From the NCBI GenBank assembly GCA_012034805.1, contig JAAUOP010000007.1, positions 1,003 through 65,002 on the forward strand: 64,000 nt of DNA, given 5' to 3'. The notes beneath the pieces were generated by a model. The model saw nothing but the letters and a program-made list of their open reading frames with translations, did not search any database and was not told the DNA's origin. Position numbers and translations under genes: made by a program. The first letter of the stretch is position 1. Every line of letters begins with the position of its first letter. This document shows, piece by piece, positions 1 through 9,540 of the stretch. This stretch comes from Synechococcales cyanobacterium CRU_2_2. GTDB taxonomy: Bacteria; Cyanobacteriota; Cyanobacteriia; PCC-9006; JAAUQQ01.

Positions 1-114
1 GAAGAGGCCATTCAAGAGCTCGATCGCTATGTGCAAAGCTGGGCTGATAAGTACCACGTTGAGGGCGGCCAGCCAATGATTATGCAACTGGTAGTCGGCG
101 AGCGCGAGGACTAG
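1..114 (+). CDS. 3' end of an unidentified CDS (partial, runs off the left edge)
   Basis: Frame 1 is open from base 1 (...EEAIQELDRYVQSWADKYHVEGGQPMIMQLVVGERED) and ends with TAG at 112-114. A hairpin terminator follows. No family recognised. Confidence 0.4.
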   Translation, partial: EEAIQELDRYVQSWADKYHVEGGQPMIMQLVVGERED

Positions 115-179
115 TTGCCCTGATGGATCAAAGGCTCTAATCCGGACTGTGTTTAACACTGTGTTCAACAAGGCCTTAA

Positions 180-204
180 GCGACCCCATCGGGGTCGCTT
201 TTTT
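180..204 (+). terminator. Rho-independent terminator
   Basis: Stem gcgacccc / ggggtcgc (8 bp, 3-nt loop) followed directly by TTTTTT. Confidence 0.6.
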
Positions 205-283
205 ACGCAACCCGAGCGATTCGAGATCTCATCCCTCCTACTGCAGAGGTCGACGCTTCGGTGGTGTGGTGTTGAGTCTCATT

Positions 284-550
284 TCAAATAGGGCAGCACC
301 AATCGGTAGTCTTCCCCACAAGCAGGCGAACCCCATGGGGAACGACGAGACCAACAAAGCCGACTAAGCTAAGGGCTACGAGAATGCAGGGAGCTGCGAT
401 CGCCACCTCCCGCCAGCCCCGGCCATTGAGGCTTCCCACTAGCCAGTTGAGCACCGACTGCGTCCGGCTTTCTTCAGAAAATAACAGCAGAATCGACTGA
501 ATTGAACCCAACAAAGTGCTAGGCGCTACGTCTCCCAATATGGCGGCCAC
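284..550 (-). pseudogene. Remnant of a FecCD/BtuC-family iron-siderophore ABC permease
   Basis: The 88-aa ORF carries the family hallmark ...GFVGLVVPHGVRLLVGK... but lacks about 170 N-terminal and about 70 C-terminal residues. The expected continuation (D-x-R-L-x-L-P) appears only in other frames downstream of the stop. Confidence 0.6.
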
Positions 551-600
551 AGGATAGACCCGGAGAGGGCTGTAATTTCATGTTGTGTTGCAGCCTCCGC

Positions 601-2256
601 TTATTCTTGGGCGGGCTGAAGCGGCTCAGGTTCAGGTTGAGGCTCGGCTGCAGGTTCGGGTTCGTAGACGGGTTCGGGTTCATAAATCGGTTCGGGCTCG
701 TAGACGGGCTCGGGTTCGGCTACAGGTTCAGGTTCGTAGACGGATTCCGCAGCCGGCTCGACCACCGGCTCTGGGACAGGTTCAGAGACAGGATCTTCTG
801 GGATGGGCTCTGGGATAGGTTCTGCAATGGGTTCGGGTATGGGCTCTGCAACCGGCTCAAACACTGGCTCTGCAACCGGCTCAAATACTGGCTCTCCGAC
901 AGATTCGGGTGTTGCTTCTGAGGGTACAGTCGGCGGAATGATGTTTTCGGGAATGGAGAGGAATGGTTTGTCTGGTGCAGGTTCTTGGGCGGTTGGGGCT
1001 TTATCCACCGGGGCTGGTCTTGCGGCCTGCCGTTCTGCTTCTCGCTGAGCAGAGATGGCGGCGTTCTGCTCGGCTTGGCGTCGCTCTTCGGCGTTCAGGT
1101 CGTTAGCTTCGAATTTGATGCGAACGGGGCGATCGCGGTCCTCTGCGGGTTGAGACTCCAGTTGACGACGCAATTTGTCTAGAAATTCCTGCTTATCACG
1201 CTCGATGGCTGCGTCAAGTTCTGGATCGCCTGTCGATCGTTCTAAGGTCAAATCAACGAGCTTACCCTTGTCGTTGTAGACCGGGCGAAAGCGTTCGGAT
1301 AGGCCTGCGGTGACGCGATCGCCACCTCTGCGTTGATAGCCGACATTGGAAGACTTTCGGGGCTTTGGCCTCGCGGGTTCAGCTTCGCGGATCGCGACGG
1401 GTTTGGGCGGCTCGGGTCTGGGCGGCTCAGGTTTAGGTGGTTCGGGTTTGGGCGGCTCGGGTTTAGGTGGCTCGGCTGCGTCGGAGCTGGCTGCATCGGA
1501 GCTGGCTGCGTCGGAGCTGGCTGCGTCGGAGCTAGCTGCATTGGCCGTGCTTGTCTTGGAACTGGCTGACTCGGTAACGATATCTGAATCTGTCTCTCTT
1601 GCAACTTCAGACAACGCCTCCGACGAAGACACTTTCGTTGGTGCAATATCCGTTGGTGCAACATCCGTTGGTGCAACATCCGTTGGTGCAATATCCGTTG
1701 GCGCAACATCCGTTGGCGCAATATCCGTTGGCACGACTTCTGATAACGCTTCGGGGGGAGACGTATCCGCCTGTCGAGCCGTCTCAGGAGAAACTTCCGG
1801 TGGCGGCTCGGCGGCGGCCTGAGGCGGTAGTGGAACTTCTTGCGGCTGGACAGTGCTCTCTGGGAAAGTCTCAACAGGACTGGTAGCAGTGGCTAGGGTC
1901 TCCGTTTGCGTCCGAGGCGAGACTTCTGGAAGGGATGCAGATTCGGGCTTAGATTCTGTCTCTGGCGCAAACTCAAACGCTTCAATAATAATTTCTTTGG
2001 CTTCCGGTTCTTGAGGCTGCTGCGACGAACCGATGCTGGTGCTCAGCACACCTCCATGCAACGCCAGTGAACCCACGACGGCTGCGCCCAAAAACCGATG
2101 CAACGATCGCGCCTCTTGCCATCGCTGAGCCGCGATCTGTCTGGCGATGTGAAATTGTGCCTCACCGACTTCGCATTGAATCTCAGTTTGTGATGAATGG
2201 GTGGTTTCGGATGCTGGTTTTTGGGGATCGGACGAATCGGCAGAGTGAACCGGCAT
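601..2256 (-). CDS. TonB-like energy-transducer protein, highly repetitive, with a long acidic C-terminal extension
   Basis: N-terminal TM anchor ([17 protein letters not shown]). (EPPKP)x5 Pro-rich spacer typical of TonB. A segment with [11 protein letters not shown] resembles the TonB C-domain. Lies next to exbB/exbD and a TonB-dependent receptor. Extra repeats: (APTD[IV])x7, (ASSDA)x4 and an EP/YEPEP tail. Confidence 0.65.
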   Translation of the reverse strand: MPVHSADSSDPQKPASETTHSSQTEIQCEVGEAQFHIARQIAAQRWQEARSLHRFLGAAVVGSLALHGGVLSTSIGSSQQPQEPEAKEIIIEAFEFAPETESKPESASLPEVSPRTQTETLATATSPVETFPESTVQPQEVPLPPQAAAEPPPEVSPETARQADTSPPEALSEVVPTDIAPTDVAPTDIAPTDVAPTDVAPTDIAPTKVSSSEALSEVARETDSDIVTESASSKTSTANAASSDAASSDAASSDAASSDAAEPPKPEPPKPEPPKPEPPRPEPPKPVAIREAEPARPKPRKSSNVGYQRRGGDRVTAGLSERFRPVYNDKGKLVDLTLERSTGDPELDAAIERDKQEFLDKLRRQLESQPAEDRDRPVRIKFEANDLNAEERRQAEQNAAISAQREAERQAARPAPVDKAPTAQEPAPDKPFLSIPENIIPPTVPSEATPESVGEPVFEPVAEPVFEPVAEPIPEPIAEPIPEPIPEDPVSEPVPEPVVEPAAESVYEPEPVAEPEPVYEPEPIYEPEPVYEPEPAAEPQPEPEPLQPAQE

Positions 2257-2553
2257 AGTGCTTCCTGAAGGGTATTCACCCTCGGATCTACTTATCTTTG
2301 ACGTGCCTTCTGGAGGATGCGCTGTCTAGGGTAGATGCGTGCAGGCGGCTTGTGTGCAAGCGGTGTGGATGATTCCATGCACAGACGCTTCCATCATCTG
2401 TATCAGAGCTGTATCAGAGCCTTCCTAAGAGTACATCCCAGTAACGTAGAAGGCAACGGATCCGTTTATCCTAACGCAGGGCAACGCTTTCGGCGATCGG
2501 CTAATGGTCTCTCCTGCTATCTGGCCTCGAACTCGGGCTTGGTTTTCATGACT

Positions 2554-2579
2554 TAGTTGCAATTATTAGTTGCAATTAT
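2554..2579. promoter_or_regulatory. Perfect 13-bp tandem direct repeat (tagttgcaattat x2), candidate operator upstream of exbB
   Basis: Read directly. AT-rich and about 95 bp upstream of the exbB ATG, in the divergent tonB-like/exbB intergenic region. Loosely resembles a Fur-box hexamer array. Confidence 0.3.
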
Positions 2580-2672
2580 ATGTCATTTGCGCTTGAATCG
2601 ATTATCGGGTTGAGTGTAATTACCTAAAAAAGCGCGAAACGCCGTGACGAGACATCTTTGGGATTTGCCGCG

Positions 2673-3320
2673 ATGAGACACCTTTGGGATTTGCTGTTGG
2701 CTTCGGGGTGGACGGCTGCGCCTCTGCTTCTGTTTTCTGTGGTGGCAATCGCCTGTGCCGTGGAGCGGGGATTATTTTGGAGCCGTTTATCGAAGCGCCA
2801 GCCTCAGGTGATGCGCAGCGCCTTGAGTGCTTTGGATTCGTCGCCGGAGTTGGCGATGGAACAGCTACGCCGCAATATCAATTTGCCGGTGGCGCGTTTG
2901 TTTTTGGAAGCAATGGCCCTAGAGGACGCAAGCCCAGAGGAGTTCGCTTTGGCGGTGGAGGCTGGAGTTCAGGCTGAGCTTCCAGGCCTGAAGCGATTCA
3001 CGAATGTGTTTGATGTGATTGTGTCGTTGTCACCGCTGTTGGGTTTGTTGGGAACGGTCTTGGGGCTGATTCGCTCCTTTGCTTCGCTCAATTTAGGCGA
3101 TATTGGTGGCAGCAATTCCCTGGGGGTAACAGGGGGTATTAGCGAAGCATTGCTCTCGACGGCATTTGGGCTGATTGTGGCGATCGGAACGCTATTTATC
3201 TCCAGCATTTTCCGGGGCTTCTATGTGCGGGAGTTAGCCACGATTCAGGAATATGCCGCCAAGTTTGAGCTGCTTCATCGCCGTCGGGCAAAGCCGGAGG
3301 TCTATGCGACGTATTCATGA
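2673..3320 (+). CDS. exbB: MotA/TolQ/ExbB proton-channel protein
   Basis: Motifs PLLGLLGTVLGLIRSF and ALLSTAFGLIVAI. Three predicted TM segments. ATG at 2673 within ORF 2658..3320. Overlaps the exbD start. Confidence 0.85.
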   Translation: MRHLWDLLLASGWTAAPLLLFSVVAIACAVERGLFWSRLSKRQPQVMRSALSALDSSPELAMEQLRRNINLPVARLFLEAMALEDASPEEFALAVEAGVQAELPGLKRFTNVFDVIVSLSPLLGLLGTVLGLIRSFASLNLGDIGGSNSLGVTGGISEALLSTAFGLIVAIGTLFISSIFRGFYVRELATIQEYAAKFELLHRRRAKPEVYATYS

Positions 3321-3714
3321 TGAGCTGATCGATCGGCGGCCCGAGATTAACATTGTGCCGATGATCGATGTAACGTTTGCGCTGTTGACATTCTTTATTT
3401 TGGCGACGCTGTTTCTAACCAAGTCGGAGGGGTTGCCGGTGAATCTGCCAGTCTCCTCCCAGGCACGGTTGCAGCAGGAACCGGTGCGGATGACGATTTC
3501 TGTCGATCTTGCCGGGAAGGTCTACGTGGATAAGACGGAAGTTGCTGTTTCGGCTTTGGGCCCGCAGTTGGCGGAGGCGAAGCGAAAAAATCCGAATACG
3601 CTGGTGGTTTTGAATGCGGATGGTGGAGTGACCCACGACCGGGTGGTGGCAGTGTTGGATCAGATTCGCTCGGTGCCGGGGCTGAAGATGGCGATCGCCA
3701 CCAAACGACCTTAG
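3304..3714 (+). CDS. exbD: Biopolymer transport protein ExbD/TolR
   Basis: EINIVPMIDVTFALLTFFILAT is the typical ExbD N-terminus. ATG at 3304 overlaps the exbB end by 17 nt. Confidence 0.85.
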   Translation: MRRIHDELIDRRPEINIVPMIDVTFALLTFFILATLFLTKSEGLPVNLPVSSQARLQQEPVRMTISVDLAGKVYVDKTEVAVSALGPQLAEAKRKNPNTLVVLNADGGVTHDRVVAVLDQIRSVPGLKMAIATKRP

Positions 3715-3798
3715 GCAGAAGGTGTTGCCTCCAAGGGGCTGCGCCCCGAGAGAAGGTGCACCCGAATATTTGCAAACGTTTTTTTGAGGGTGTGGATA

Positions 3799-6365
3799 AT
3801 GAAAATGAAACGCGTTCAATTTTGTGCCGCGTTGGCGACGAATGCTGTGGTGTTGGGTTTGGGGATGGCGACGGCCCAGGCGGTGGAGGGCATAGCCAGC
3901 CTGGGTTTAGAGCCAGACCTAGAGAATACTGTGGCCCAGATAGAGAAGTTGCCGACCCTACAGACGCCAACGCTAGAAGCTGAGGTCACAGCAGTGCAGC
4001 TCAACTGAACGGCAACGGGCTTAGAGATTGTGTTGCAAACAGCGGATGGGCAACCGCTCAAGATTGATACGGCAATGTTTAGGACGGAAGGCAATGCCCT
4101 GATCGCGGAGATTCCAGCGGTATTGAAGTTGCCGGATGATGGAGCGTTTGCCGCAGAAAATTTGGCAGCAGATATTATGTCAGTCCAAGCCGTTCAACAA
4201 GATAGCGACACGATTCGGATCACAGTTCTGGGGATGGGGACTGTGCCTCAGACCCCAGTTTCATTGAAGACAGGAGGATTTACCTATGCGCTCAAGCCGA
4301 TGACGGATGAGATCGATGAGGTGGAAGAAGAAGAAATTACAGTGACGGCAGAGCGGAAGGTGGACGGCTATCGGGTGCCGAATGCCAGCAGTGCCACAGG
4401 TACCGATACCCCAATTTTGGAAACACCTTTTTCGATCCAAGTCATTCCCCAGGAAGTGATTCGAGATCAACAGGCAACAGCAATTAAAGATGTTTTGAGG
4501 AATGTTAGCGGAGTCAGCTATCGCGGTGATGTTCAGAGTCGAAGTGGCGACACGTTTATCCTACGCGGGTTTTCCGGTGTACCAGTCCTGCGTAATGGCG
4601 TGCGGCGATTTGGTGGTAGTGGCGAAGTCTCTATCCAGCCTGTGAACGAAATTGCCAATATTGAGCAAATTGAAGTGCTTAAAGGGCCAGCTTCAATTCT
4701 TTATGGCGCGATCGAACCCGGTGGATTGATCAATATCGTCACGAAAAAACCATTGTCACAGCCCCTGTTTGAGACCGAACTACAACTGGGGAATCGGGGT
4801 TTAGTTCGACCACGTTTTGATATTTCTGGCCCTTTGACTGCCGACAAAAGCATACTCTTCCGGCTCAATGGTCTCTATCAAACCGTTGACAGCGTTCGCG
4901 CGCTAGAACAGCGCGATGAGAAATTCTTGGCGGCCCCGGCACTGACATGGAGGCTAGGCGATCGCACAACGCTAAACCTTGCAGCAGAGTACGTAAAAAC
5001 AAATCGTCCGGCTGATTTTGGCCTGCCCGCAAAAGATGGTCAGGTAATCGATGTATCAATCGATCGCGTGACCAATGACCCGAGCGATTCGGTGATCAGT
5101 CGATCGTTTACCACGGGCTACACGCTAGATCATCAGCTCAGCGAGCAATGGAAACTCAAGAACAGTTTTAACTATTCCTATAGTGATTACGATTTTGGGG
5201 TAGTTTTCTACCACTTAGCTTTGATGCTGATACCGATACAGTTTTTCGAGTTCCCGCTTCTCAAGACTCGCAAACAAGAAACTATACGCTGCAAACAAAT
5301 CTAGTGGGCGAATTTGCGACAGGCAATGTTGAGCACAAGCTTCTGGCAGGCTTTGACTATACTCGCCAGATGAGTCAAGTTTTCTCAAAGGTCGATTTTA
5401 CGCCAAGTTTTCTTGATATATTCAATCCTGTCTACGCTGAATTAAAGCCGGACGAATCAACTTTGCCTGACTTTGGCGGCGATGAGGTCAAAGCAAGTAA
5501 CTGGGGCTTTTTTCTCCAAGATCAAGTTTCGCTATTCAAAAATTTGAAGCTGCTGGCTGGCCTACGCTACGATACACTGTCCCAAAAAACCGTCAACCGA
5601 CCTGGCTCCTCGATCGAAGCGGGGACAACGGAACTGGATGAGACGGCACTCACACCGCGTTTGGGTTTGTTATATCAACTGACAGATAATTTATCGCTCT
5701 ACGGCAGCTACTCGCGATCATTCACCCCCAACATCGGTAGCACCGCCACAGGTCGTCCTCTTGATCCACAAAAGGGCAAAGGGTATGAATTTGGGATTAA
5801 GACTGAACTATTCGACAGGAAGCTACTAACAACGATCGCCTACTTTGACATCACCAAGCAAAATGTCGTCGGCACGGATCCCGATTTTCCGCTCTTTTCG
5901 ATTGCGACCGGTGAGCAGCAAAGTCGTGGCATCGAACTTGATGTCGCAGGTGAACTTGCACCCGGCTGGCAGGTGATTGGATCATACGCCCATACGAACG
6001 CTAAAGTTACAGAAGATAGCGACCCAGCCAATGTCGGCAAAAAGTTATTTGGTACGCCCGACAATGCGGCTAGCCTTTGGAGCACTTACGAAATTCAGCA
6101 GGATAATTTCAAAGGATTGGGCTTTGGCCTCGGATTGAATTATGTTGGCGATCGTCAGGGTGATAACGCCAACACTTACCGTTTAGGTAGCTATGTGACG
6201 GCAGATGCGGCATTGTTTTATAAACGCGATCGCTGGCGGTTGGGCCTAAACTTAAAAAATATTGGCAATGTCAAATATATTGAAAGTAGTTTTGGTGATA
6301 ATGCATCTGGGAGCAACTTTGGCCCACCATTTACGGTGATTGGCTCCCTGTCAGTTCAGTTTTAA
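3799..6365 (+). pseudogene. TonB-dependent siderophore receptor with an N-terminal AMIN-like domain, disrupted by an in-frame TGA (4006-4008) and a frameshift near 5193-5200
   Basis: Signal peptide MKMKRVQFCAALATNAVVLGLGMATAQA. The reading ...TAVQLN*TATGLEIVLQTADGQPL is continuous across the stop. Plug motifs are present (ITVTAER..., ETPFSIQVIPQEVIRDQ). Frame 1 switches to frame 3 at a TTTTGGGG run (...DYDFG / ...FDADTDTVFRVPASQDSQTRNYTLQTNLVGEF). Ends in a terminal aromatic (SLSVQF). Confidence 0.8.
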
Positions 6366-6402
6366 TTATCATTTTCGATCCATTTCTTTAAACAAAACTA
6401 AG

Positions 6403-7074
6403 ATGCTGATGAATCGACTAATTCTAGGTTTGACCCTGATGATTAGTAGCATAATGGTAGCAGGATGCCAGCCTCCTGACTCCACGGCGATCGCTCCCAC
6501 AACTAATCCACCTGCTGCCACAACGCCTACTCCAACCACGCCCACTCTAGCAACACCATTACCCAGTTTAGCTCCCCCCATCGCTCCGCAGGTGATTTCC
6601 CCTAACGCCTACAAAGTGCCTTACCTTGGCTTCAATGGCATGTTTATGCTGAATGCCGACCAAGCCAGCTCTGTCAACGATCCGCGTAATCCCAAGCGGA
6701 TTGGTATTTCAAAAATGGAGCAAATCACATTCTACAAAGACGCCACTGGCAAAGATGCGATCGCCCGCAACTGCGAATATGTCTACATGGGTGCCGCGGG
6801 CGATCCGAAATACTATGTCGAGTTCAAAGCAACCTGGGAAATGTTTGAACTGGCCCAAGATGAGAAGCAAGATCCAGCTTGTAAGAAGTTTCAGTATCTT
6901 GTTCTGACGGCTCCCCACGGCGAGCCGACTCACATGCACATGCGATACGGGGATCAAGTATCGAGCTTTGCTGTACTCCTCAAGATGAGCAACGAGGCTG
7001 AAGATGCTGCCACATTCAATCCTTGGTTTGCGACATACTGCGGTGCAGGTAAGACCAGATGTGGCGAAGGTTAA
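6403..7074 (+). CDS. Hypothetical lipoprotein in the iron-uptake cluster
   Basis: MLMNRLILGLTLMISSIMVAGC has a signal peptide plus lipobox. A P/T-rich linker is followed by a Cys-containing globular part. No family recognised. Confidence 0.6.
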   Translation: MLMNRLILGLTLMISSIMVAGCQPPDSTAIAPTTNPPAATTPTPTTPTLATPLPSLAPPIAPQVISPNAYKVPYLGFNGMFMLNADQASSVNDPRNPKRIGISKMEQITFYKDATGKDAIARNCEYVYMGAAGDPKYYVEFKATWEMFELAQDEKQDPACKKFQYLVLTAPHGEPTHMHMRYGDQVSSFAVLLKMSNEAEDAATFNPWFATYCGAGKTRCGEG

Positions 7075-7116
7075 TCGATTTGCATGATTTTTTGAGCAAT
7101 TGGAGGAGAAATCACC

Positions 7117-8235
7117 ATGAAAGCGCGCCAACTGATGGTTAGGGCTCACGGTTTAATTGGGATTTTGATGGGATTATTCATCATCGTGGTTAGCCTCACG
7201 GGTTCGGCGATCGTCTTTCAAGCAGAACTCGATACTTTCCTCAACCGATCACTGTTTCAGGTTACGCCACAGAATCAAGTTGTTTCGGTCGATACAGTCC
7301 TCGACTCTGCCCGGTCAGCACATTCAGAATTGCCTCTATCGTTTATCCAAGTTCCAAAGACGTCTGATGCCAGCTATATTATCAACCAGCAATTGCCCCA
7401 TGAGCAGCGCTTGCAGACGTTTGTCGATCCTTATACAGGCAATGTTCTAGGATCACGAGTCTGGGAACGATCGCTTATCGGTTTTATATATGCTGTTCAT
7501 CACAATTTGTTGGCTGGCCTCACCGGGCAGATTGTCGTCGGTGTCGTCGGATTAGGGTTATTATTCATCGCGATTTCGGGCACAATGTTATGGACGGGGT
7601 GGCGGAAGCTAGCGATCGGATTCAAAATTCGTTGGAACGCGCCCTCGGCGTTACTCAACTATGACTTGCACAATGTCGGAGGATTGCTCTCGACTGTGTT
7701 TTTGGTAACAGTTGCCGCGACAGGAGTCGCGATCGTTGCATTACACTTATTGCCGATGTTGGCTCCCAGTGTAGCAACAAAAACTGCCCCAAATCAGCCG
7801 ACGCTGGCACTGAGTTACCTGATCGAAAAAGCAAATGCTGCCATGCCAGAGGGCAAGATCACTACGATCGAATTCTCGGCGCAAGATCCAGAACTACTCA
7901 CGATTCGTAAGAAACTACCGACTCAAGATACGGGACGATTCGACTTCAGCACGGTCGAGTTAAATCAATACAGCGGTGCAGTTATTGCATCGACGAAAGT
8001 TGCGAAAGCCGAAGGTCTGCATAAACTTATGACGACGATCGCTACCCTGCATTTTGGTACCTTTGGCCATCTTCCTACAAGATTTTTATATCTGTTTCTT
8101 GGATTAATGCCAACGATTCTATTCATTACAGGATTAGCCAATTTGCAACATCATCGTTTGATCGAAAATCGGCGAGAAGTCGCACTCAACTTAGCTCAAT
8201 CAGTAGAATCTTCCGTTAACTCGCACTCTGATTAA
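7117..8235 (+). CDS. PepSY-associated TM-helix (PiuB-like) iron-regulated membrane protein
   Basis: N-terminus ...AHGLIGILMGLFIIVVSLTGSAIVFQAELD, four TM segments, RBS ggaggag upstream. Context is downstream of the TonB-dependent receptor. Confidence 0.7.
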   Translation: MKARQLMVRAHGLIGILMGLFIIVVSLTGSAIVFQAELDTFLNRSLFQVTPQNQVVSVDTVLDSARSAHSELPLSFIQVPKTSDASYIINQQLPHEQRLQTFVDPYTGNVLGSRVWERSLIGFIYAVHHNLLAGLTGQIVVGVVGLGLLFIAISGTMLWTGWRKLAIGFKIRWNAPSALLNYDLHNVGGLLSTVFLVTVAATGVAIVALHLLPMLAPSVATKTAPNQPTLALSYLIEKANAAMPEGKITTIEFSAQDPELLTIRKKLPTQDTGRFDFSTVELNQYSGAVIASTKVAKAEGLHKLMTTIATLHFGTFGHLPTRFLYLFLGLMPTILFITGLANLQHHRLIENRREVALNLAQSVESSVNSHSD

Positions 8236-8308
8236 ATCATAATTGACTTAGTCTCGATACTGCCTTACAAGAGATCCATGAAGATTGCAGTAATAGAGAT
8301 AAAATAAC

Positions 8309-8689
8309 ATGGCGATAGAGGGGGAAAATCAATATGAAGTCAATCGAGATCAAGGCATTTTGCCAGCAAAAAACTACCGAGAATCACAACAGTTCTATCA
8401 AGATTTGGGATTTGCACTGAAATCGGTCGATGACGAAGTCGCCTACTTCTGCCATGACAATTGTGCGTTCTTGCTTCAGAACTTTTACCATGAAGAGTTG
8501 GCTAATCACTTGATGATGCATTTGCTGGTGGAGAATTTGGATGATTGGTGGGCACACGTACAATCGCAGGCGATCGCGGCGAAATATGCGGTGCGATTGG
8601 TGCCGCCCACGGTTCAGCCCTGGGGAATGCGGGATTTTGTGGTAGTTGACCCATCCGGAGTGCTCTGGCGAATTGGGGAAAACATTTAG
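8309..8689 (+). CDS. VOC/glyoxalase-bleomycin-resistance family protein
   Basis: ...ESQQFYQDLGF... and C-terminal PWGMRDFVVVDPSGVLWRIGE. The start is uncertain: an out-of-frame ATG at 8334 (MKSIEIKAF) would join the ORF if a T were added to a T4 run. Confidence 0.6.
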   Translation: MAIEGENQYEVNRDQGILPAKNYRESQQFYQDLGFALKSVDDEVAYFCHDNCAFLLQNFYHEELANHLMMHLLVENLDDWWAHVQSQAIAAKYAVRLVPPTVQPWGMRDFVVVDPSGVLWRIGENI

Positions 8690-8929
8690 TGAAAATATTA
8701 ATATTTAGGAATTTAGAATTGACTGCCCCCGCTCCGCATTTATGCGGCCATATCTCGGCAGTTGTGGTCGATTGATGACATTAACTTTTCCCGAGCAAGC
8801 CTATGATGAACTGTGTCAAACGAAGGAAAATATGGGTTCGATGATTGAATTCACCGATTCCGACAATCGGAGGACTTTGGGCTAGAGTTGAAGAACAGAA
8901 CAGGCCGTGAAAGATAGCCTGGGGGAATT

Positions 8930-9508
8930 ATGGCGGTGCACAATTTGGGGTTGAATGCGTTGGCGCGGCGATCGCTCGCCAGTTTGATCGTGGGTGCGGC
9001 TCTTTTGGGCGTGCCTCAGGCGATCGCCGTGCAATTCTCCGACGGCACCCGCCACTTCGCCGCTGTTCCTCGCCTCGTCAAAGTCAGCACCACCCAAAAT
9101 CAAGCCCATACCTGGGGCGGACGCTACTACATCACGGTCAGCGTGCCAGAGGATGCCAGCGAACCACTCGGCAAACTCGAGATTCGCCAAGATGAAGGCA
9201 GCGATCGCCTCGGGCCGTTTGAGTTTGACCGTACCCTGGCCTTTGTCGAGGGCGATCGCCAACGTTCTGTGCAGGTCGAGTGGGTGGAGCTCGATCGCGA
9301 TCGCCAAACCATCGCGGTGGCGTTCAATCCCCCGATTCCCCCTGGCAAAACCCTCACCCTGGGCCTCGTACCCGTGCGCACCCCCGATGCTGGTATCTAT
9401 TTGTGGGGCATTACTGCTTTTCCGGCAGGGGAGAAGGTGGCGTCCCAGTTTCTGGGCTACGGGCGGCTACATTTCTATGACGATCGCGATCGGTCGTTTT
9501 GGAGATGA
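8930..9508 (+). CDS. Exported cyanobacterial protein, DUF2808-like
   Basis: Signal peptide, then FSDGTRHFAAVPRLVKVSTTQNQAHTWGGRYYITVSVPEDASEPLGKLEIRQ, which matches my recollection of DUF2808. Confidence 0.5.
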   Translation: MAVHNLGLNALARRSLASLIVGAALLGVPQAIAVQFSDGTRHFAAVPRLVKVSTTQNQAHTWGGRYYITVSVPEDASEPLGKLEIRQDEGSDRLGPFEFDRTLAFVEGDRQRSVQVEWVELDRDRQTIAVAFNPPIPPGKTLTLGLVPVRTPDAGIYLWGITAFPAGEKVASQFLGYGRLHFYDDRDRSFWR

Positions 9509-9540
9509 CCAATTTCGGTGCTGGGCAACTTCAGCCTTGA

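Noticed and set aside
803-1886. Multiple long ORFs on both strands and in several frames (e.g. 1248..1874 minus, 1346..1822 plus, 1599..1886 plus) inside the TonB-like gene
   Set aside because: They are by-products of the in-frame tandem repeats, which are open in every frame. Only the 601..2256 frame has a TM anchor, a TonB-type spacer and a sensible context.
3395-3970. 191-aa minus-strand ORF overlapping exbD and the receptor start
   Set aside because: It is antisense to two well-supported genes and has a P/S/R-rich composition typical of a GC-rich shadow frame.
4006-4008. The TGA as a selenocysteine or programmed read-through codon
   Set aside because: I could not find a convincing SECIS-like stem-loop immediately downstream; only weak 4-5 bp pairings are present. 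There is no functional rationale in an AMIN-type domain, and the same gene also has a frameshift.
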